DNA from: a plasmid
Strand: one strand, 5' to 3'
Assembly (NCBI RefSeq): GCF_055900595.2
Contig: NZ_JBVWEU010000002.1
Length of the DNA: 64,000 bases
The notes below the pieces were generated by a model. It was not told the DNA's origin and did no database searches. It worked only from the letters and a program-made list of their open reading frames with translations. Shown here one piece after another: positions 57,234 through 64,000 of this stretch. Made by a program: the position numbers and the translations under genes. The first letter of the stretch is position 1, and the number at the start of each line of letters is the position of its first letter.

Positions 57234-57452
57234 TCATTGCCCACCACCATTCAGTGTTTCCATCACGTTGTTCAAAGGTTCATTTGTTTTAACTTCAATA
57301 CATTCCCCTGTATTTCCAAAGCCCCTGCCTCCGTGTGCTTCGATTGTCCGAAGAACCTGCACGCATACGTCCGTATTTGGCATGGGAGTAACATTCCAGC
57401 TTCCGCCACCGTTAATATTTTTTATCAGCACAAGAAAAATAAAGGTATGCAT
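57234..57452 (-). CDS. hypothetical small protein (between traR and traC)
   Basis: 72-aa ORF abutting the downstream ORF. Confidence 0.35.
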   Translation of the reverse strand: MHTFIFLVLIKNINGGGSWNVTPMPNTDVCVQVLRTIEAHGGRGFGNTGECIEVKTNEPLNNVMETLNGGGQ

Positions 57453-57531
57453 TCTTTATTACCGCCTGTTAAATATTAATCACTGAATATCCCTTCAGTT
57501 AACTTATGAGGTCATAAAACACTGCAGATTC

Positions 57532-58008
57532 TCATTCGGATTTATTCTCTTCAGTAAACTTCCGGATGGTATCCTGTTCACGCTGACGGGTGGCAGACTC
57601 CTGCATTGCATCCACTTTCTCCTGCCAGAGACGCCGGATATCCTGTTCATCCCGACCAGTCAGTTTTTTACCGGACAACAAACGGTTAAGCAGTTCCTGT
57701 CTCGCATCCGGTACGTCTTCAGTCAGACGCATAAGCTGAAGCAGGCTCTGACGGCTGAGGACCATGCGTGATTCCTCCGGTACGCTGTAATAATTAAAAA
57801 TACGACTGAATACCCCACAACAGCAGGCAACGGACAGGCACAGGGATTTCAGATACAGGCCAGAAACACAGAATGTGGCAACACCACAAAGAATAGCTAT
57901 AACTAAAAAGCCCTTACCCAGCGCCATACACAAAGAACCCTGTTTTCTGGATATCCGCTCATGCTCATCCAGAATAAAATCTATTTTTTCATTTTCTGAT
58001 TTATGCAT
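57532..58008 (-). CDS. hypothetical membrane protein (between traR and traC)
   Basis: about 158-171 aa with a central hydrophobic segment and charged C-terminal coiled coil; overlaps the traR 3' end. Confidence 0.45.
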   Translation of the reverse strand: MHKSENEKIDFILDEHERISRKQGSLCMALGKGFLVIAILCGVATFCVSGLYLKSLCLSVACCCGVFSRIFNYYSVPEESRMVLSRQSLLQLMRLTEDVPDARQELLNRLLSGKKLTGRDEQDIRRLWQEKVDAMQESATRQREQDTIRKFTEENKSE

Positions 58009-58222
58009 AGTGTTTCCTCTGCCTTTCCTGATACGCCTGACATTCAACGCACAACGTCACACCGGGAAATATTTTCCGCCGGGCTTCCGGAATAGGATTT
58101 CCGCATGCTTCACAGAGATAAACAGGAATACCATGAGCATTTATTTTCTGGCGTATCCGGTTTATTCCTGTCATGGTCAGTTGTTCTGTCACTGAATATG
58201 CTTCATCGACTTCATCACTCAC
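58001..58222 (-). CDS. traR: TraR (DksA-like zinc-finger protein)
   Basis: 73 aa with C4 zinc finger CEACGNPIP...CVECQ. Confidence 0.9.
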   Translation of the reverse strand: MSDEVDEAYSVTEQLTMTGINRIRQKINAHGIPVYLCEACGNPIPEARRKIFPGVTLCVECQAYQERQRKHYA

Positions 58223-58356
58223 GGAATATTCCTCCCGACATGTTCTGACACGCTACCGCCCATCCCTTTTCACGCACAGGGCACTCGTTTTACAGGCAGA
58301 TTTTGAATACAGAAAGCCCGCCGGCATTGCCGGCTGATATACAACTTCAGGGCCAG

Positions 58357-58872
58357 TTAATTAATACGTGGTTTTCCCCACGCAGACGGTTTAATAACAA
58401 AAAACACGCTGGATGGCTGATGATAAACATCCTGATTATCAATATAAGGCGCTATCCATAATGCTGCCGTCTGCTCACCCGTTCTTAGCGGACGGGGAGG
58501 CGTTACCGGCGCAACTGAACTGACCGGGACAACCGTTTTCACTTCCCGGGCTGCAGTAAACAGCGGGCGAGGTGTCAGCAGTTTCTGCTCCGGAAGTGTC
58601 GTCACCGCAGGTCTGCTGCCGGACGGAGTGGTTGCGGTGATGGTCTGCACCGGCATTGTCCGGAAGTTCCCTTCAGCCAGGCGCGGCAGTGATGCCGCAA
58701 CCGGCTTTGCTTCTGAGGACTGCTCCAGTTTTTTGGCCTTCTCATTGGCCTGCTCCATCGTCATACAGGTATCGGATGTGGTGGCGTTACACTCAAATTC
58801 CGTATTTGTTCCTGCGCAGCCGGAAAGTAATAAGGTTCCCAGCAGAGGAATAAATAAAGAAATCTGTTTCAT
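58357..58872 (-). CDS. traV: pilus assembly lipoprotein TraV
   Basis: 171 aa with lipoprotein signal LLLSGCAG. Confidence 0.9.
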   Translation of the reverse strand: MKQISLFIPLLGTLLLSGCAGTNTEFECNATTSDTCMTMEQANEKAKKLEQSSEAKPVAASLPRLAEGNFRTMPVQTITATTPSGSRPAVTTLPEQKLLTPRPLFTAAREVKTVVPVSSVAPVTPPRPLRTGEQTAALWIAPYIDNQDVYHQPSSVFFVIKPSAWGKPRIN

Positions 58873-59237
58873 TGCCCTTCTCCTTTTTTATTACTCCCCA
58901 CAACAGCAGAAATTAACTCTGCTGTCAGATTTGTTTTCCCTGCACAGGGATGTCCGGAGACCACTGTATTTCCCGGAGAAGAAAATAAGCTCATCGACAT
59001 TCCCTTCTTCATCACACCGACAGCAGCCATATTAAAATTGTGCGGCAATGATTCAGAACTGAACTCCTTCGGAGCAGGAAGAACTATTTTTGTGGTGCAG
59101 TTACTGAGAACAGCATGCATAAAATCATCTGATACGTTTTTATCCGGCACAACGCGGGCTGTAATAACATTAATATTACGCATGTTCATTTTTATCTCCG
59201 TTGCCTCTGTTTGTTCGGTCATCAGGGAAATAAACAT
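58869..59237 (-). CDS. TrbG/TrbD-region ORF
   Basis: 122-aa ORF in the traP-traV interval where F carries trbD and trbG; exact start uncertain. Confidence 0.35.
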   Translation of the reverse strand: MFISLMTEQTEATEIKMNMRNINVITARVVPDKNVSDDFMHAVLSNCTTKIVLPAPKEFSSESLPHNFNMAAVGVMKKGMSMSLFSSPGNTVVSGHPCAGKTNLTAELISAVVGSNKKGEGQ

Positions 59238-59766
59238 GGCATTTCCTGATTTTTCCCGGCAGGGAAGCGTCTTCCGTATAAACGTCCTTCAGATATTCAT
59301 CTGCGGTTACCACCCGGATACATTTCATTTTTCCGGGCAGCACCGGATATTTCCCGGTGATCGCTGCCAGCGAGACATACATCAGTGCCAGTGTTGCCCA
59401 TAATGCGGTGACCAGTTGCATCAGTGACCGGTCAGTCTCCCTGACATAATCTGCAGCATCAGCCGCGCGGTAATGGCAGATATCCTGTATTTCTGATCTG
59501 CCTGAAGAATCAGAGGAAGAAAACCAGCATTCACTGACCGGGAACTGTCCGGCAGGTGCTGTTTGTCTTACGAAGTTAATCTCCTTAACCAGTAATTTCC
59601 CCGGCGTGGTGTTGTCCTTCCATAAAACAAACAGAGCCATCAGGGCCATTGTGGCCAGTGGCAGAATGACGGTGTACTTCAGACACCAGAACAGTCCTCG
59701 CAGAACCCGGGCGACAACATACCGGGCGGCATGGCACGCCTGACGGGACGACATATTATTTGCCAT
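59176..59766 (-). CDS. traP: TraP
   Basis: 196-aa membrane protein downstream of traB. Confidence 0.8.
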   Translation of the reverse strand: MANNMSSRQACHAARYVVARVLRGLFWCLKYTVILPLATMALMALFVLWKDNTTPGKLLVKEINFVRQTAPAGQFPVSECWFSSSDSSGRSEIQDICHYRAADAADYVRETDRSLMQLVTALWATLALMYVSLAAITGKYPVLPGKMKCIRVVTADEYLKDVYTEDASLPGKIRKCHVYFPDDRTNRGNGDKNEHA

Positions 59767-61183
59767 CGTTGCCCCCTCCCTGGCTGCCGGACATAAACTG
59801 CTGCGGATTCAGGTTGCCCAGCTGCTTCAGCATCTGGTCAGTATTAAAGCCGTTAAGATGACTTTCAGCCGATGGCGGAACAGGAACCGGACTTTCCGGA
59901 TTGTCTTCTTCCGCTCTGCTCTGCGTGCGTTCCAGCGCCATCTCTTCCACGGTTTTCAGCTGGAAGCCGTCCTGGAACACCACGGTCACTTCGTTGCCCG
60001 CACCAATCGGTATCACCGGGTGATACTGTTCGGCACGTTTGATGTAGTAGTCACTGAGCGTCTGTGCGGCTTTCGATGCGCCGCCACCGATACCCATTTT
60101 CAGGACATCACCAGCCCCGTAAGCGGCTGTGGCACCCAGCCCGACAGCCGGCTGGGAAGCGCGCTCCATTCCCTGACCGATACCGTCAACAAATCCCGCG
60201 CCCCATGCCCAGCCGAGGATTTTGCCGTTACGCATCACCACTTCGCCCTTGATACCGTTTTTACCCCGGAAGCTGACATGCCCCTTAATCGGCATATCAA
60301 TGGTTTTGCCGTCCTTCAGGCAGCTGATATTGCGGGTGCGTACAATGGCACGTTCACTGGACACATCCCCCCAGGCTTCCAGCCCCACAAAACATCCCGT
60401 TGCGTCATACGTTTTGCTGTTCGGCATTTCCACCAGACCGGTGATACGCAGCTGCATCGGCACCGTGGATTCATTACCGGTGACTGAGGCATTGGCATCC
60501 GCTCCTTCAATCAGCATGGCTTTCGCAAAACTTCCTGACGGAATGTACGGCAGTGATGGTCCCTGTTTTCCCTCATTACGGGTGAACACCTTACGCTGTA
60601 TCCGGTTAGGCACCGGTACAGACTGGTACGTCACCTGCGGTGGTGGCGTGACACCATTACCTGGATAAAACGCCGTCGGCGGTGGAACAGCAACGCTGCC
60701 CTGCGGCGGGAAAGATACGGGTGTGTTTCCTGGCTGTGGTTCGCCTTCCGGGCCGGGCGGTGAGGCTGGCGTCTGCGGTACTGGCTCACCGGTCGCGGTG
60801 ACAGGATTTGCACCCAGGGCTTTCACCTGCTCTGCCAGTGCAGCATTGTCCTGTCCCAGCTTTTCAATACGACGCTGGTCATCACCGCGCTGTTTGTTCA
60901 GGACATCCAGCTCACGACGGATTTCCTCATACTGCTTCTGCATCTGTGCTGCCGTCACCTGCATCTCTGTGGTGGCATGCTGACGCACCTTGTCATCAAA
61001 GGTCGTATCCACCACACCGGTCATATCCGGCACAGGCTCCTGTTCAGCCACGGCTTCACCGTTACCGGACATGTCCACATCAGACAGATACAGTGCCCCA
61101 CCAATCGCGGAGGCTGCACCGACAACCACAATCCCCAGCCACAGGTACTGCTTGCGTTTCACAATGGTATTGATACTGGCCAT
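59756..61183 (-). CDS. traB: TraB (VirB10-like)
   Basis: 475 aa with N-terminal TM segment and proline-rich linker. Confidence 0.9.
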   Translation of the reverse strand: MASINTIVKRKQYLWLGIVVVGAASAIGGALYLSDVDMSGNGEAVAEQEPVPDMTGVVDTTFDDKVRQHATTEMQVTAAQMQKQYEEIRRELDVLNKQRGDDQRRIEKLGQDNAALAEQVKALGANPVTATGEPVPQTPASPPGPEGEPQPGNTPVSFPPQGSVAVPPPTAFYPGNGVTPPPQVTYQSVPVPNRIQRKVFTRNEGKQGPSLPYIPSGSFAKAMLIEGADANASVTGNESTVPMQLRITGLVEMPNSKTYDATGCFVGLEAWGDVSSERAIVRTRNISCLKDGKTIDMPIKGHVSFRGKNGIKGEVVMRNGKILGWAWGAGFVDGIGQGMERASQPAVGLGATAAYGAGDVLKMGIGGGASKAAQTLSDYYIKRAEQYHPVIPIGAGNEVTVVFQDGFQLKTVEEMALERTQSRAEEDNPESPVPVPPSAESHLNGFNTDQMLKQLGNLNPQQFMSGSQGGGNDGK

Positions 61184-61911
61184 CAGTTGCCCTCCCCGTC
61201 ACGGATGACATACACATCCATGCGCGCACCTGCCAGTAACTGGCTGGCAGGCTGGCTGAACATCACGGCACGGGTTCCCGGCTGCCAGAAATCACTTTCC
61301 CGGATATTCAGGGCAGACAGCGTTTTATTTTCCACGGCAAAGCGGACCATCTTCAGGTGATTCCCCGTCCATACGGCATCTGCCACTGAAGACAGCCCCG
61401 CCGGGGCCTGCAGGGTTTCCTTTGTCACCGGGACCTGATACCAGCCTGCGGGTAATTTTCCGCCACGGACGGCCTGGCTGATGGTCACAAGCAGGGATTC
61501 GTAAGGCGTGGACGTTTCCCACGCACCGGCTTCTTCTCCGGTTCCGCGCAGGTCACTGACCAGCTGAATGGTACGCCCCGCGCCTTCACGGGGAACGGCC
61601 TGAATGGAAAGATTCAGACCACGTTCTGTTTCCAGAATGAACGTAAAGGGCTTTTTGTTGACGGTGGCCACCACCACACCGCCGGAGGCGGTCTGCTCAT
61701 TATTGGTCAGGGCACCATCCAGACTGTTCACGGCGATAATCCGGTCACCGGGAACGGTAAACAGATTCGGGCTGGTATTGCTGATGGCAATACTGGCCTG
61801 ACCACCGTTCACCATTGGCACCACGGTGGGGGCCAGCGTACCTGTACCGGCCATCACGCTGCAGGAAAAAAACAGGCTGCCGAATATTATTGCCGTATTA
61901 TTTTTTCTCAT
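61183..61911 (-). CDS. traK: TraK (secretin-like)
   Basis: 242 aa with signal peptide. Confidence 0.9.
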   Translation of the reverse strand: MRKNNTAIIFGSLFFSCSVMAGTGTLAPTVVPMVNGGQASIAISNTSPNLFTVPGDRIIAVNSLDGALTNNEQTASGGVVVATVNKKPFTFILETERGLNLSIQAVPREGAGRTIQLVSDLRGTGEEAGAWETSTPYESLLVTISQAVRGGKLPAGWYQVPVTKETLQAPAGLSSVADAVWTGNHLKMVRFAVENKTLSALNIRESDFWQPGTRAVMFSQPASQLLAGARMDVYVIRDGEGN

Positions 61912-62464
61912 CGTCTGTTTCCCCGAAATTATCCAGCCAGGTCACCCCGTTTTCCCGCTTCAGAATAAGGATGTAATGTTTGATATCAGTGAAAGGTTTT
62001 GAATCACCAATCCAGGTTTTAAGCACACCACGAATTTCCACACGGCCATACTGAGGCCAGACACGAACACTGGTCTGGAAAAAGGCTGAGTTCACGTTAT
62101 CGTTTTTAATACGCTTCGCTTCTTCAGCCAGAATAACTTTCATCTGGTTCTGTGCGCCCGGGCGGATATATTGCAGAAGCGCCTGATGTGAGGCATCGAC
62201 GGTTTCTGATGAAACATTCAGACGGAGGGCAATAAATGACAGCGCCATCTGCTGTAAATAAGAGGCGTCGGCACTGTTCTGTGACACGGCAAAGGGAGCA
62301 TTAAATGCCATTGGCGTCACGGCAGTGCGTTGCTCATTCTGAAGACGGTAGTTATTCACCCCCTGAATGACGTTAACAGAGAGGCTGAGAACAATAAGCA
62401 CTGACATAAATATAAAGGCGATGGCCATTACACGACTGGTACTTAAACGGGCACCGTGTTCCAT
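61898..62464 (-). CDS. traE: TraE
   Basis: 188 aa with N-terminal TM segment. Confidence 0.9.
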   Translation of the reverse strand: MEHGARLSTSRVMAIAFIFMSVLIVLSLSVNVIQGVNNYRLQNEQRTAVTPMAFNAPFAVSQNSADASYLQQMALSFIALRLNVSSETVDASHQALLQYIRPGAQNQMKVILAEEAKRIKNDNVNSAFFQTSVRVWPQYGRVEIRGVLKTWIGDSKPFTDIKHYILILKRENGVTWLDNFGETDDEKK

Positions 62465-62485
62465 ATAACAATCCTGGTATCAGTT

Positions 62486-62797
62486 CTATTTAATCCACTG
62501 CCGGAAACACGAATCGGGAACATTATGAAAAATACCGCGCAGCAGGGCTGTTGGCATATACCAGTAAATCAGGTCACGTAACCAGGAACTGCCCCGCCCT
62601 TTTTTCAGTTTTTTAATCCCGAAATAAACCAGAACCGCTGCACCAATACCGAACAGATATTTCGATGTTGTGATACCCCAGCCAATACAGATTGCTGCGG
62701 GGATCAGTTCATCCAGTGGCAGGCCAAACCAGCGGCTCTGGTTGGTCAGTGTTTCCGGGAAACGATATTTCTTAAGTTTATTCTCGTCTCCCGACAT
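62486..62797 (-). CDS. traL: TraL
   Basis: small membrane protein [31 protein letters not shown]. Confidence 0.85.
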
Positions 62798-62811
62798 CGT
62801 TTTATTTCCTG

Positions 62812-63171
62812 TCAGAGGCCAACGACGGCCATACCCACAGCAATAAATACAGAGATGATGGCAAAACCGGCCAGGAACTTGACGTTTTTGGTCATCATGT
62901 ACATGACAGCACCGACCAGAACTTCAGCCAGAACAACCCATTTAACAACACTGGAGTCCTTACCGAAGGTCGCCTTAACCGTGGTGTTACCGCTTGCCAT
63001 CAGGTCCTGGCCCTGTGCTGCCATTGCCAGTTGCGGGAAGAACATCATCAGAACAGCAGCCGGGATCACAGCGCGAGCCAGGCGAAGCATATTCAGACGA
63101 GTGAATTTAGAAAAAAACGATTTCTTTTTGACGGGCGCAGAAGCACCCTGAACACTTAAAACAGCATTCAT
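62812..63171 (-). CDS. traA: F-type propilin TraA
   Basis: 119 aa; [35 protein letters not shown]... leader and mature pilin. Confidence 0.95.
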
Positions 63172-63203
63172 AAGTTACCTCAATTTCGGATAAATGAATA
63201 AAA

Positions 63204-63605
63204 CTAGAGTGTATTAAATGTTATATCTTCCTCTTTATCTGCCTCCCTGAATATCTCCGAGTTATAAAAATCAGGAAACTTGATCAAATGATCAATAACT
63301 CTGTCTGCAGCCTCATCTGTTTTACACCATCCACTACGATTTTTGGCTGCAATAAGTAGCTGGTTAGTTTCATCATCCAGACGCATTGTCAGATACTTAA
63401 CCAGCGACTTACCATAGATATTCCCTGCCCTGTTAAACTTTGGATAGCGGTGAAGATGATCTTTAAGTCTTATTACTGCCTCAAACGATCGACTTCTTCC
63501 GCTTCTGTTACTTGCCTCAATTAATAGACTTTCCACATCTACAGGTAATTTTAGTTTTACCATCTTACCTGTTGCAGAACGTGTACCAAATCTTTTCAAT
63601 AACAC
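63204..63605 (-). CDS. traY: relaxosome accessory protein TraY (ribbon-helix-helix)
   Basis: 133 aa with two RHH-like repeats. Confidence 0.85.
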   Translation of the reverse strand: MLLKRFGTRSATGKMVKLKLPVDVESLLIEASNRSGRSRSFEAVIRLKDHLHRYPKFNRAGNIYGKSLVKYLTMRLDDETNQLLIAAKNRSGWCKTDEAADRVIDHLIKFPDFYNSEIFREADKEEDITFNTL

Positions 63606-63697
63606 CTCCCGCTGTTTATCTTCTGGTTACCACTTATGTTTGCAGAATAATCAGAAAAGGTAAATAGACGGAAAGTCTATATTTTATTAACACTTTA

Positions 63698-64000
63698 TTA
63701 ACGCGTATTTATGATACACATAGCCTTCTCGTACAAATAATGAATAAACTTTTTATTGTAGAGTAAGATGATTAACTCATCTTTATTAGAAACAGAGAAG
63801 TAGTCGCATATCAGAGATGCGTGTTTCTTTGATGTGGAGATGGATATTTTTAATATTCTTGCTATAGCATTATGACTGATTCCGGTGCTATATAAGTAAA
63901 AGACATCATTTACATATGATGATACAGAAGAATCATCACTCATTCTTCTGATTATATTTCTGATATCATCACTGACAATCGTTTTTTGATTATAACTGTC
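63698..64000 (-). CDS. traJ: transfer activator TraJ, C-terminal part (5' end beyond window)
   Basis: reading frame stays open upstream of the annotated Met to the window edge (..DSYNQKTIVSDDIRNIIRRMSDDSS..). Confidence 0.8.
   Translation of the reverse strand, partial: DSYNQKTIVSDDIRNIIRRMSDDSSVSSYVNDVFYLYSTGISHNAIARILKISISTSKKHASLICDYFSVSNKDELIILLYNKKFIHYLYEKAMCIINTR

Overview
This window reads as a segment of an F-like (IncF) conjugative plasmid. All identifications are from reading the sequence and the ORF translations against remembered protein families; no database search was run.

Layout, left to right:
- 1-7349: an accessory stretch with a small hypothetical gene, a CodB-like permease, a LysR regulator, an AT-rich islet carrying a cytochrome b562-like gene, a 5' IS2 fragment fused to the 3' end of an ABC-transporter ATPase gene, a Tn3-type inverted-repeat miniature element, two hypothetical ORFs, and the C-terminal half of a hexapeptide acetyltransferase gene.
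- 7350-22357: a roughly 15 kb segment bounded by two inverted IS1 copies with identical 9-bp flanking repeats. The left IS1 is a decayed stub joined to an IS911-like remnant; the right IS1 is split by a complete IS100. The cargo is a yahB-yahI-like locus (LysR regulator, ankyrin-repeat protein, FdrA/YlbE/YlbF-family proteins, a permease, carbamate kinase), followed by an orphan IS100 end and a decayed ISL3-family transposase.
- 22358-28260: the N-terminal half of the same acetyltransferase gene, a RelE/antitoxin pair, the IncFII-type replicon (oriR with DnaA box, repA1, copA, copB), a Hok/SrnB-family toxin, a thermonuclease and small hypotheticals.
- 28264-64000: finO, traX and the F-type tra operon on the minus strand from traI back to a partial traJ. 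It is interrupted between traN and trbE by an IS3-family and an IS21-family element, and carries three unassigned ORFs between traR and traC.

Most notable observations: the IS1-bounded unit splitting one reconstructable gene; the carbamate-kinase/FdrA-family cluster as plasmid-borne cargo; a roughly 75-bp structured repeat present twice with compensatory changes in its inner stem; and the Tn3-derived miniature element. No rRNA, tRNA or CRISPR array was seen.
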